Below are positions 51,182-60,429 of a DNA stretch of 64,000 nucleotides, in pieces. The notes beneath the pieces are model-generated. The model saw nothing but the letters and a program-made list of their open reading frames with translations. It did no database searches and was not told where the DNA came from. Origin of the DNA: an uncultured Ignavibacteria bacterium (GTDB taxonomy: Bacteria; Bacteroidota; Ignavibacteria; Kapaibacteriales; UBA2268); the NCBI GenBank assembly GCA_937127445.1, contig CAKZLY010000021.1, positions 15,886 through 79,885 of the forward strand, read 5' to 3'. The position numbers were made by a program, and so were the translations under genes. Positions within the stretch are counted from its first letter, which is position 1. Each line of letters begins with the position of its first letter.

Positions 51182-51823
51182 TTAAACTGAACGCATAATT
51201 CTTTTGACAACCCCGAAAATCTCGAACGAGTAATCTTCGCTTACTTTAATTGGCTCGAATGCAGGATTGTCCGAATGCAACCACACAGTCCCATTTTCCT
51301 GCACAAAACGTTTAACAAGCAGATTCCCATCGATATTGACAACCACAATTTTGTTGTTTGTAGGTTTTTCGGCTGTATCAACAAAAATCATATCCCCAGA
51401 CTCGATTACACCCGTCATCGAAGCACCATCAACAGAGCAAATAATCAAGTTCTCGCTGGAAATTCCAACAATATCCAGCAGTGTTCGTTTCTCGATAAGT
51501 TCGTCCGAAACCACAGGTTGCTTGCGAGCAGCCCCAATTTTCTGAATTAACTCATTAATTTCATCGGCAGACATCAAATCGATGCGTTTGATGTCTGCTA
51601 CAAACAGTTCTCTCATACCATATCTCATTGAATTAATTGTCCACAAAGCATCTTTCAGTGCAAACGAAACAATACGCTTGTCTCGCAATGAAGCCGTGTC
51701 AAAAATCAGGTCGCGATTTTTGTAAGGCTTTTTCTTGAAATATTCGTAAACAGTGCATTTGCGAACAAGCAAATAAAGTTCGTAGTTGCTAAGAGCCTCT
51801 ATTTTTGATTTTTCCTGCCGCAA
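51182..51823 (-). CDS. S24-family peptidase (LexA/UmuD/CI C-terminal-like). Start uncertain: TTG at 51823 or internal ATG.
   Basis: S24 catalytic Ser/Lys context (VDGASMTG...KRF). Region RIDLMSADEI resembles UmuD. Confidence 0.6.
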   Translation of the reverse strand: MRQEKSKIEALSNYELYLLVRKCTVYEYFKKKPYKNRDLIFDTASLRDKRIVSFALKDALWTINSMRYGMRELFVADIKRIDLMSADEINELIQKIGAARKQPVVSDELIEKRTLLDIVGISSENLIICSVDGASMTGVIESGDMIFVDTAEKPTNNKIVVVNIDGNLLVKRFVQENGTVWLHSDNPAFEPIKVSEDYSFEIFGVVKRIMRSV

Positions 51824-52208
51824 CTTTAAGCACCTTCACTTCTTTATGTTCTTCGAATTCCACCAATGCCATTTGTTTGATTCCGTTCAGGTCGATGTTG
51901 TGTTCTTTCAGCAGTTTTCGTCTTTGTTTGCCCTGGGAATTATTTGCAAAAATATCGCCGTCGCCGGTAAGCACCCAGGTTGGATTAATCCCACGCCTGT
52001 AAAGTTCGATTAGCACTCTTGCAGGAACAGAGGCACGAGCAAGCTCGTAGTTTGCAATATTATCTCGACTTTCGCCAAGCAGGTGTGCAAACTGTTCTGT
52101 GCTAAGCTTCTTCCCTTCATTAAAAATGCTTCTTACCAGCCGAAGCCGTCGCCCGATATTTTTCAAATAATCGTTTCCCATCAAATAAAAATAATAAATT
52201 ATACACAT
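51789..52208 (-). CDS. XRE-family helix-turn-helix transcriptional regulator (Cro/CI-type)
   Basis: LSTEQFAHLLGESRDNIANYELARASVPARVLIELYRRGINPTWVLTGDG is a classic HTH_3 with a phage-repressor-like ending. 3' end overlaps the S24 ORF in another frame. Confidence 0.6.
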   Translation of the reverse strand: MCIIYYFYLMGNDYLKNIGRRLRLVRSIFNEGKKLSTEQFAHLLGESRDNIANYELARASVPARVLIELYRRGINPTWVLTGDGDIFANNSQGKQRRKLLKEHNIDLNGIKQMALVEFEEHKEVKVLKVAAGKIKNRGS

Positions 52209-52534
52209 TTTGACAATTTCTTTTCGGCACGCCGCTCTTCGATAATTTTTTTTCGCATTCGTCGCACGTGAACCAGCGACACATTCAAATCTTTTGCCAA
52301 TTCGCTTGTGGGTTTCTCCCAATTTTCCTTTATATATCGCTCAACAAACTTATCAAGATGAGAAATGCGAGGTACATAGAACATTCCACCGTTGAGGTTT
52401 AGCAGCATATTTTGCACAGCATCGAGCCCACAGTATTCTGCAAGCATACTCAAATTATCGGGAAGCTCATCTAATCGAATTTGTCGAACAACTTCCTCTT
52501 TCATACTTACCTCCAAAAAAATCAATGTTCGCAA
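52199..52534 (-). CDS. Mor-like small transcriptional regulator
   Basis: 111 aa with a ...GGMFYVPR... motif and a C-terminal HTH (TSELAKDLNVSLVHVRRMRKK), reminiscent of phage Mu Mor/C activators. Confidence 0.4.
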   Translation of the reverse strand: MRTLIFLEVSMKEEVVRQIRLDELPDNLSMLAEYCGLDAVQNMLLNLNGGMFYVPRISHLDKFVERYIKENWEKPTSELAKDLNVSLVHVRRMRKKIIEERRAEKKLSKCV

Positions 52535-52919
52535 TCAAATTTACGTAACATTTACATAATTAACAAGTAAATTTTACTTGAATTTTAATTATCTCAAAAA
52601 TACAATATAAGTATATTTTAATCATCGGTAGGTTAAGAAATTAACATCGCCAGCGTGGACAAAGCTTTTCTGCCCTTCACTATCGAAGAATTAAAGGATG
52701 TGGATTTTTTCATTCATTTCTTTGTAATAATCACAAAATTAATTTTCATCTCTATTGTTTGTTTTTTACCTCCATTTACTTCTCAGATGCCTCCGTCATC
52801 GTATGGTAATTTAGCACCTTCGGCAAATGCGTGACCCCACCGAATAATTTTCTCTTACAACTTCATAACTATTAATAATTTCTTCACTTATTCGTTATAA
52901 AAAATAAAATGGAAACAAT

Positions 52920-54026
52920 ATGTTTGAATATCCTGAAAATAGATTTCAAATTAAGCCCTCAACAAAAAAGCAAATAAAAAGCATCTCTTACGATGAGCTT
53001 ATTGATTATTTGCGTGCGGCGGGCGAGGAAAAATATCGTGCCGACCAAATTCTATATGAGATATTTGTCAATCGGGCAAGCGATTTCAACCAAATGACGC
53101 AGATACCGAAGCATTTGCGTAAAATGCTTGCCGATGTTTTCGATATTACTTCAATTTCATTGGAAGAAAAACGTGTTTCTGCTGATGGTTCAATTAAATT
53201 TTTGTTTTCACTTGCCGACCGCCAATTCATCGAAGCAGTTTATATGCCCTGGGCAAACGATGAGGGTGAAGTGGAACGCTCAACCTTGTGCATTTCCACA
53301 ATGTCTGGCTGCCCTGTTGGGTGTGCATTTTGTGCTACTGGAACTCTCGGATTTAAGAAAAACTTAACACCTTCGGAAATAATAGACCAAATCTTCATTG
53401 TCGAACAGGAGTTAGGCAAAAAAACAAATAACATTGTTCTAATGGGAATGGGCGAGCCGTTACTTAATTTCGAAAACGTTGCACGTGCTATATCCTTGCT
53501 TGTCGATGAAAAAACTAAAGTTATCAGCCGTAGGAAAATCACTTTATCAACTTCGGGAATAGTTCCTCGCATTCGTCAGCTTGCCCACACTGAATATCCG
53601 CCAAAGCTTGCAATCTCGCTTCATGCTACAACAAACGGCACACGTAACAAAATCATGCCAATTTCTCAATCTTTTGATTTATCGTCACTTATGGATGCTG
53701 TAGAATATTATTACCGACAAACCAAAATGAAAATCACATATGAATATATCCCATTCGACGGAATAAACGACACGATGGAAGATGCCGAGCGGCTACGCAA
53801 AATTGCTCAAAGAGTGCCCTCGCGCGTTAATTTCATTCCCTTCAACGATATTTCATTCACTAAGCCGCAAGGGATATCGCTCGAATTAAAGCCTTCGCCT
53901 CCCGAAAGAGTTGCCCAAATTGTCGAATACCTGCGTTCGCATAAAATCGCAGTGATTGTGCGGAACTCATTTGGATGGGACATCGAAGCGGCTTGCGGTC
54001 AGCTTGCACTATCGCGAGAACACTGA
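52920..54026 (+). CDS. rlmN: 23S rRNA m2A2503 / tRNA methyltransferase RlmN (radical SAM)
   Basis: CxxxCxxC radical-SAM motif (CPVGCAFCATG) plus RlmN-specific flanking residues. Confidence 0.9.
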   Translation: MFEYPENRFQIKPSTKKQIKSISYDELIDYLRAAGEEKYRADQILYEIFVNRASDFNQMTQIPKHLRKMLADVFDITSISLEEKRVSADGSIKFLFSLADRQFIEAVYMPWANDEGEVERSTLCISTMSGCPVGCAFCATGTLGFKKNLTPSEIIDQIFIVEQELGKKTNNIVLMGMGEPLLNFENVARAISLLVDEKTKVISRRKITLSTSGIVPRIRQLAHTEYPPKLAISLHATTNGTRNKIMPISQSFDLSSLMDAVEYYYRQTKMKITYEYIPFDGINDTMEDAERLRKIAQRVPSRVNFIPFNDISFTKPQGISLELKPSPPERVAQIVEYLRSHKIAVIVRNSFGWDIEAACGQLALSREH

Positions 54027-54027
54027 G

Positions 54028-54588
54028 ATGGGAAAGTTTTTTCTTCTCTCGTTTCTCCTGCTTCTACCGCAAATTTCTTTGGCTGATTTTGGTCGTCTTG
54101 CTTATGTCAAAACTAAAAGCGACACCCTTTGTTACGGTGAAATTATCACTGCTCGTGATAGCTTTATTGTGCTGTCAAAAATCCCGTTTGCAGACGATAG
54201 ACAAATTTTCAGGCAATTCGACAGCCTGCTTCTGGTTCGATGCAACGAAATTGACTACGTAAAAATCCTTGAAAGACCTGCAAATTTTTCTCAACGCATT
54301 AAGTTTTCGACCATTGGTGCTCTTATTGGCGGTGGACTTGTGGCTGCTCAATACAAGCAAAATAGCAAAATCAACTCTTCCGATTGGTTGCTTGTGCCAC
54401 TTTCCATTGCTCTGGGCTATTTATTAGGCGCTTATTTCGATATTTCCAACTACAAAGATAAAATTATTGTTTTCCCCGAATGTTCAAATAAATTTTATTC
54501 TGTTTTTTCTGAGCATTCCCGCTATAAAAATGCCGAACCAAAAAGTTTCACCCGAAAATTAACCCAACTGATTGAAAACAAAAATTAA
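54028..54588 (+). CDS. Hypothetical secreted/membrane protein
   Basis: ATG 2 nt after the rlmN stop, signal peptide MGKFFLLSFLLLLPQISLA, internal hydrophobic segment. Confidence 0.4.
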   Translation: MGKFFLLSFLLLLPQISLADFGRLAYVKTKSDTLCYGEIITARDSFIVLSKIPFADDRQIFRQFDSLLLVRCNEIDYVKILERPANFSQRIKFSTIGALIGGGLVAAQYKQNSKINSSDWLLVPLSIALGYLLGAYFDISNYKDKIIVFPECSNKFYSVFSEHSRYKNAEPKSFTRKLTQLIENKN

Positions 54589-54824
54589 TAAGTATTGAGG
54601 AAGCGAACCCTTTTCCAAATGCAGATACAATATGTACAAATCCAAAATATTTGCCTGTGATTTTTCCAACGTACGCATTACGTTTTTCGTCTTTACTGTA
54701 ACAATATAATTTCTTTTTATTCATTCAGATAAATAATTTTATAAATCTAAAAAAATTCTTATATTTGTAGTTCATTTTTTCGTAAAACTATAATTTATAA
54801 TAAATTATCGGATCAAGGTGATTT

Positions 54825-54971
54825 ATGAAAAGAACGTATCAGCCAAGTCGTCGTAAAAGAGTTAACAAGCACGGTTTCCGTGCACGTATGGCAACAAAAA
54901 ATGGCCGCAAAGTGCTTTCTAACCGCCGAGCAAAAGGCCGCTATCGCTTAACCGTTAGCGACGAAAGATAG
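54825..54971 (+). CDS. rpmH: 50S ribosomal protein L34
   Basis: Translation is [55 protein letters not shown] ribosome-binding site. Below the ORF-track length cutoff. Confidence 0.95.
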   Translation: MKRTYQPSRRKRVNKHGFRARMATKNGRKVLSNRRAKGRYRLTVSDER

Positions 54972-55042
54972 TACATTGATAATATGCATAGACTTTGAGC
55001 AACGAGGCTCACTGTTATGCAAATAAATTCAAGAGGTCGAAA

Positions 55043-55456
55043 ATGCCGTGCAGTCGGCTTGCCACAATCAAAAAACAAAAGCGTTTCCAAGAAGTTTTCG
55101 CAAATGGCAAAAAATTTTCGACTTCTAATTTATTTGTAGTAATCGAATGCAACGAAACAAATTCTAATGCTATTGAATATGCAGTTGTTACAAGTAAAAA
55201 AGTTTCGAAACGGGCCGTTGTCCGAAACCGTATTAAACGTTTGCTGAGAGAAGTTCTTCGTCAATATGTTCATTTGTTGCTGGTGGGCTGCCCACACATA
55301 TCAGCAATAATACTTTTCTGGCGGACACCCGTTGCAAAGCCGTCGCTTATAAGGCTGACCGATGTTTTCGCTGAGTTTATGATAATTGTCGAAAAATTTC
55401 GTAACTCTTGTATCAAAAGGCAAGTTGATGAAGAAAATCCTGATAATATTGATTAA
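55043..55456 (+). CDS. rnpA: RNase P protein component
   Basis: Conserved rpmH-rnpA-yidD-yidC cluster. RnpA RNR motif ([12 protein letters not shown]). AGAGGT ribosome-binding site. Confidence 0.85.
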   Translation: MPCSRLATIKKQKRFQEVFANGKKFSTSNLFVVIECNETNSNAIEYAVVTSKKVSKRAVVRNRIKRLLREVLRQYVHLLLVGCPHISAIILFWRTPVAKPSLIRLTDVFAEFMIIVEKFRNSCIKRQVDEENPDNID

Positions 55457-55664
55457 ATTCTACAAATTTGCTATATCGCCGATTTTCCCGTCGTCCTGCC
55501 GTTTCTACCCAACTTGCTCTCAATACGCAATTGAAGCAATCGAAAAGCACGGCTCACTACTTGGAACTTTTTTAGCAATAAAACGTATTATCCGTTGCAA
55601 CCCATTTTCAAAAGGTGGGTTCGACCCAGTCCCCGATTTTTTGTTAAAAAAAAAAGATTATTAA
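55428..55664 (+). CDS. yidD: Membrane protein insertion efficiency factor YidD
   Basis: [31 protein letters not shown] is the canonical YidD motif. Confidence 0.9.
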   Translation: MKKILIILIKFYKFAISPIFPSSCRFYPTCSQYAIEAIEKHGSLLGTFLAIKRIIRCNPFSKGGFDPVPDFLLKKKDY

Positions 55665-55668
55665 TTAA

Positions 55669-57540
55669 TTGAAGTTGAATATGGATCGAAATTCATTTAT
55701 CGGAATGACCTTAATTATGTTGCTCATCTTTGGCTGGCTCTTCTATATGTCAGTTACGGAAGCGCCACCTCCGCCAAAAGACAAAGCAGCGGACACAACA
55801 GCTCATCAATTGCCCGAGAAAGTTCAGGATAGCCTTGCATCCGTAAAAACAATTGCTGATACTCTACAAACTCAGCAACGCTATGGTATTTTTTCACAAT
55901 TCGCTTCGCGAAACGAAACAATTTACACAATTGAAAATGATCTTTTCGTTGCTGAAATTTCCTCCCGAGGCGCTGCTCTTAAATCCTGGAAACTTAAAAA
56001 CTACAAGAAATGGGATAAAACACCTGTCCAGCTCGTTCGACACGGCAATGGCGAACTTTATATGAATTTTGTTTCTCTGGAAGCTAAAAAAATAGACACC
56101 CGCGATCTGAATTTTTCGCTTGCCAATCAATCCCCAACTAACATAAAAATTCAAGGTAATCAATCTGCCAACCTTGTTTTTGAGCTTGATTTAGGGAACA
56201 ATCGCAAAATTAAGAAAGTCATTAAGTTCTTCGGCGATAAGTACCATATAGAACAGAACATCACTGTTTCTAATTTAGAGGACATTCTTCCATCGCGTGG
56301 TTATAATTTAGTATGGGAAAAGGGATTGCCACCTCAAGAATATAATAGCGTTGACGAAGCAAACGATGCTATGGCAGTTGTCCAGATGAATGGTGAAGTT
56401 GAAGAAGTAAATGCAACCGAAACCAAACCAACCGAAAAGAGCTTTACAGGTATAATAGATTATGCTGCAATCAAAACAAAGTATTTCGCTACTTCGATTA
56501 TGCCGCAGCCGTGGCAGAGCTACGATGGTACAGTTGATATTTCGGGGTTCGTTCGCCACCACGCCAACAATGGAATTACCGAAACTTATTCTATAAACTA
56601 TCGTATACCGTACAAAGGCGGCGAGCAGGTGAACAGCTTCAAAGTGTTCATCGGTCCGCTCGAATACAATATAGTTCGTTCATATGGAATGAATGCTTTG
56701 ATTAATTTCGGCTGGCGTTTCTTAATTCGCCCGATTGGTGAATACTTTATGCTACCAATATTCCAGTTTGTACATAAATTTGTACCAAACTACGGTATAG
56801 CAATTTTAATTTTCTCTCTGATAATCAAGCTTTTGCTGCATCCGCTATCGATTACTCAAATGCGTTCAGCTCAAAAGATGCAACTTCTTTCGCCTGAAAT
56901 GGAAAAAATCCGCACCAAATATAAAGACGACCAACAAACTCAACAAAAGGAAATAATGAAACTTTATTCCGAATATGGAATAAATCCAGCAAGCGGATGC
57001 TTGCCGTTGCTGCTACAAATGCCAATTTTATTTGCATTGTGGGCTGTACTGCGTTCGGCAATAGAGCTTCGTCAAGAACCATTTATTTGGTGGATTACCG
57101 ATTTATCGATGCCCGACAAAATTTTGAGTTTCGGTTTTTCGTTCCTTGGAATTAGCCATCTATCAGGCTTAGCGCTGCTAATGGGTGCAACTATGTTCAT
57201 TCAGCAGAAGATGACCATTACGGACCCACGTCAGAAAGCAATGGTTTATATGATGCCGGTAATGTTTATTTTCTTGTTCTCGAATTTCCCATCAGGTCTG
57301 AATTTATATTATTTCTTCTTTAATTTGCTGTCGATTGGACAACAAATCTATATAAACAAGTTTTCTAAAAAACGCTTAACACTCGAAGACTTAAAGAAAA
57401 TGCCCAAAAAAGAAGGCTGGCTGCAACGCAAAATGCGGGAAGCTCAGGAATTAGCTGAAGCCCAAGGGCGCACTCTACCCGGAGTAAAAACACATCATAA
57501 CAACAAGCCAAACCAAAACCGCCCAAAACGTAAAAAGTAG
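55669..57540 (+). CDS. yidC: Membrane protein insertase YidC
   Basis: N-terminal TM helix, large periplasmic domain, C-terminal 5-TM 60-kDa IMP domain, basic C-terminal tail. Confidence 0.9.
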   Translation: MKLNMDRNSFIGMTLIMLLIFGWLFYMSVTEAPPPPKDKAADTTAHQLPEKVQDSLASVKTIADTLQTQQRYGIFSQFASRNETIYTIENDLFVAEISSRGAALKSWKLKNYKKWDKTPVQLVRHGNGELYMNFVSLEAKKIDTRDLNFSLANQSPTNIKIQGNQSANLVFELDLGNNRKIKKVIKFFGDKYHIEQNITVSNLEDILPSRGYNLVWEKGLPPQEYNSVDEANDAMAVVQMNGEVEEVNATETKPTEKSFTGIIDYAAIKTKYFATSIMPQPWQSYDGTVDISGFVRHHANNGITETYSINYRIPYKGGEQVNSFKVFIGPLEYNIVRSYGMNALINFGWRFLIRPIGEYFMLPIFQFVHKFVPNYGIAILIFSLIIKLLLHPLSITQMRSAQKMQLLSPEMEKIRTKYKDDQQTQQKEIMKLYSEYGINPASGCLPLLLQMPILFALWAVLRSAIELRQEPFIWWITDLSMPDKILSFGFSFLGISHLSGLALLMGATMFIQQKMTITDPRQKAMVYMMPVMFIFLFSNFPSGLNLYYFFFNLLSIGQQIYINKFSKKRLTLEDLKKMPKKEGWLQRKMREAQELAEAQGRTLPGVKTHHNNKPNQNRPKRKK

Positions 57541-57556
57541 AATATTTTATAATATA

Positions 57557-57595
57557 AAACAAAGGTTGCTTCGATGAGTAACCTTTGTTTTATAT
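57557..57595 (+). terminator. Rho-independent terminator after yidC
   Basis: AAAACAAAGGTT-loop-AACCTTTGTTTT followed by ATATAAT. Confidence 0.6.
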
Positions 57596-57717
57596 AATCA
57601 AACTTGTTTGCAATTAAACTTTATTTTACGACTTGCGAAATAATTGAAACACTTTTTGAAATAATGCGTATTTACAATTAAGAATGCCTCCTATAACAAA
57701 CTTAGCGTAAAATTTCT

Positions 57718-57747
57718 GACTATCCACAAGCAAGGATAGTCTTTTTT
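57718..57747. terminator. Hairpin with T-tract abutting the STAS gene stop (putative bidirectional terminator)
   Basis: GACTATCC-ACAAGCAA-GGATAGTC followed by TTTTTTATT on the plus strand. Confidence 0.4.
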
Positions 57748-58084
57748 ATTTCACCTGCTCCATTGCCTCTTCCATCGTTATTGTAATCCGCAAAATGGAC
57801 GAGACCTTTGTGATTTTGAATACATCTTGAAGTGTCTTATTCACATTCGTTAGTATCAAACGTGAATCCTTCAAGTTGTATTCGTAATTGAGCTTTATCA
57901 ACTTACCGATGCTTATCGAACTAAAATACAGCACATCTTTGAAATCCATTACAAGATTTTTGCAGCCGTCCGCAAGGGCACCCATAGCAAGATTGAAAAA
58001 TTCATCTGTTTCGTCCCCACCCACAAATTGTCCATCCAGCTTCATCAGACAATAGTTCTCGAATTTTTCAAGTTTTGTTTTCAT
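57746..58084 (-). CDS. STAS-domain anti-sigma-factor antagonist (SpoIIAA-like)
   Basis: 112 aa, STAS fold pattern, conserved Ser/Thr region. No partner kinase or anti-sigma factor adjacent. Confidence 0.6.
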   Translation of the reverse strand: MKTKLEKFENYCLMKLDGQFVGGDETDEFFNLAMGALADGCKNLVMDFKDVLYFSSISIGKLIKLNYEYNLKDSRLILTNVNKTLQDVFKITKVSSILRITITMEEAMEQVK

Positions 58085-58212
58085 AAATGAATTTTTAATA
58101 ATTTTACAAATATTACTTATTGAAGTTTTATTTATAATTTTATTGAGAAAAAATCTTTACTTTTTATGTTAACATTTAATTAATTTTACATTTTAATTTT
58201 TGTCGTCATTGT

Positions 58213-59685
58213 ATGCGTGATAAAATTAAGTCGCTGGCAAGCGACACAATTATATATGGTGTATTTCAAGTACTCGGTCGGTTCCTCTCTTTTTTGCTTA
58301 CACCGCTCTACACTAACTACCTTACAAAAACTGAACTTGCTGAAATTACTTTTATTTACTCCATTCTTGCTTTTTTGAATATAATTTTCTCTTTCGGTCT
58401 GGAAACGTCTTACTTCCGTTTCTATCAAAAGGATAATCCTGAGCAGTGCCGCAAAGTGTTTTCAAATGCAATGTTTGTAATTGCCAGCATTGCTGCTTCC
58501 TTCGCCTTGGTTGTAATCCTAACTGCCGATTATTTTGCTTACGATTTGATAGATTTACCACGAGCCGCCACAATAGTCCGAATTTCAATACTTATTCCAT
58601 TATTCGATAGCTTAATTCTAATTCCTTACGCCTATCTGCGTATGACACGTCAAGCAAGAAAATTTGCTCAAACAAGACTATTGTTGATAATCATCGCTGT
58701 TGCAAATAATTTGATTTTGGTTGTGTCGCTCGGCTGGGGTGCAATGGGTGTTATGATTTCGCAACTTATTGCGTCATCACTCGGAATTATGATAGTACAC
58801 AAAGAAGTAAGAACAAACTTTGTCAAGTATTTTGATTGGACGCTAATCAAAGATATGTTCAAATTTGGGCTGCCCACTCTTCCCGCAAATTTATCGGCAA
58901 TGATACTACAAGTGGCAGACCGCCCGTTTCTCAAAGCGCTTGCCTCGACAAACGATTTAGCAATTTATGCAGTTAATTTCCGCCTTGCTATTCCGATGAT
59001 GATAGTTGTTACAGTTTTCGATTATGCCTGGAAACCATTTTATTTGAGCCGCTACAACGAAGAAGGAGCAAAAGAACTTTTTGCTCGAATCTTTACTTAT
59101 TATGTGCTATTTTGCTCGGGAGTTTTCCTTGCAACTTCGCTATATATTGAATACGTAGTTCAATTACCATTCATCGGCGGGCGATTCATCGAACCTTCTT
59201 ACTGGACAGGGCTTGCGATCGTCCCAGTTATTTTGCTTGCATTTTTCATAAATGGCAGCCAATCGCATTTTGCTGCAGGTTTTCTTATTACAAAGAACAC
59301 ACGTTATGTTGGTATTTCCGTCGGACTTGGTGCGGCTGTCAGCCTAATTCTCAATTTAGTTCTAATTCCGCATATTTCCTATTGGGGATCGGCTATCGCA
59401 ATTGTAGCAGGCTATCTGGTAGGTGCAAGCAATTTATACATATATCAGCGAAAGATTTACCACATTACTTACGAATGGCGACGTGTTTGGATAATTATTT
59501 TCTCAACCGCTATTGTCTATTTCATAGCAAAAGAAGCTACTTTGTCCCTCGAAATGAAATGGGCATTATTAGTCAGGACGGTTGCTTTTGCCTCTTTTAT
59601 TTTTATTCTATATTTGCTTAAATTTTTTACTCCCTCGGAATTAAACCATATTCGCAATCTCTTGAAATTGAACAAAAAGGCTTAA
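58213..59685 (+). CDS. Polysaccharide biosynthesis protein / oligosaccharide flippase (Wzx/MOP superfamily)
   Basis: About 14 predicted TM helices. N-terminal motif typical of PF01943-like flippases. Confidence 0.7.
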   Translation: MRDKIKSLASDTIIYGVFQVLGRFLSFLLTPLYTNYLTKTELAEITFIYSILAFLNIIFSFGLETSYFRFYQKDNPEQCRKVFSNAMFVIASIAASFALVVILTADYFAYDLIDLPRAATIVRISILIPLFDSLILIPYAYLRMTRQARKFAQTRLLLIIIAVANNLILVVSLGWGAMGVMISQLIASSLGIMIVHKEVRTNFVKYFDWTLIKDMFKFGLPTLPANLSAMILQVADRPFLKALASTNDLAIYAVNFRLAIPMMIVVTVFDYAWKPFYLSRYNEEGAKELFARIFTYYVLFCSGVFLATSLYIEYVVQLPFIGGRFIEPSYWTGLAIVPVILLAFFINGSQSHFAAGFLITKNTRYVGISVGLGAAVSLILNLVLIPHISYWGSAIAIVAGYLVGASNLYIYQRKIYHITYEWRRVWIIIFSTAIVYFIAKEATLSLEMKWALLVRTVAFASFIFILYLLKFFTPSELNHIRNLLKLNKKA

Positions 59686-59688
59686 AAT

Positions 59689-60429
59689 ATGACTGTCCCG
59701 CAAAAAATTTCAGAAAAGCACTTCAATAAATACTCGCCGTGGTACTTCTCGGGTTTTTCCGTTCTCATTATTATTATCTGGAATATTCCCGACGGCTTCT
59801 ATTACCTTTACCCGCTAACAATTCTGGCAACATATTTTCACGAGATGGGACACGGGCTTGCTGCGTTGTTGCTTGGTGGCAATTTTCATTATCTGCTGGT
59901 GCATCCCGACGGCTCGGGCGTGGCGGTTCATTCAGGTGTGCAATTTCTTGGCTCAATTGGACAAGCGACTGTCGCCATTGGCGGTCCGCTCGGTCCTACT
60001 TTCGTTGGTACGCTCTTCATTTATGCTTCTGCATCAGTCAAAGCAACTAAAAGGTTGCTTGTAATTGTAGGTGCGTTGATTATTATCACTGTTCTAATTT
60101 GGGTGCGTTCTGTATTTGGCGTGTTGTTTTTGATAGCGGTTGGTGGATTACTAATGTATATTGGAACAAAATCGTCGGATCGAACCAAGCAACTGGTGCT
60201 TCAATTGCTTGGGGTTTCCTCTATGCTTAGTTTATACCAAAACATTGGATATTTCTTTATTGATAAAGTTGAAATGGATGGGCAAATAATGTATTCCGAT
60301 ACGGGTTATTTGCAGAAATATTTATTTCTTCCATACTGGATGTGGGCAGTTATTATTTTGGGAATTTCGTTGTTTGCATTTTATAAAAGTTTTGCATATT
60401 TATATAAAAAAAATAAGGGACTACAATGA
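59689..60429 (+). CDS. M50-like membrane metallopeptidase family protein
   Basis: HEMGH (HExxH) within a TM helix. Multi-pass membrane protein. Confidence 0.5.
   Translation: MTVPQKISEKHFNKYSPWYFSGFSVLIIIIWNIPDGFYYLYPLTILATYFHEMGHGLAALLLGGNFHYLLVHPDGSGVAVHSGVQFLGSIGQATVAIGGPLGPTFVGTLFIYASASVKATKRLLVIVGALIIITVLIWVRSVFGVLFLIAVGGLLMYIGTKSSDRTKQLVLQLLGVSSMLSLYQNIGYFFIDKVEMDGQIMYSDTGYLQKYLFLPYWMWAVIILGISLFAFYKSFAYLYKKNKGLQ

Noticed and set aside
51062-52534. Prophage or integrative element inserted at tRNA-Gln
   Set aside because: The phage-like regulators lie on the 5' side of the tRNA, whereas integrases target the 3' end. No integrase, no direct repeat of the tRNA 3' end, and housekeeping genes (rsgA, rlmN) immediately flank the region.
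52535-52919. Small ORFs or sRNA in the 385-nt rlmN/Mor-like divergent intergenic region
   Set aside because: Only 8-11-codon ORFs follow the GGAGGT on the minus strand (MKINFVIITKK*). There is no terminator-like structure, so it is most likely just a divergent promoter region.
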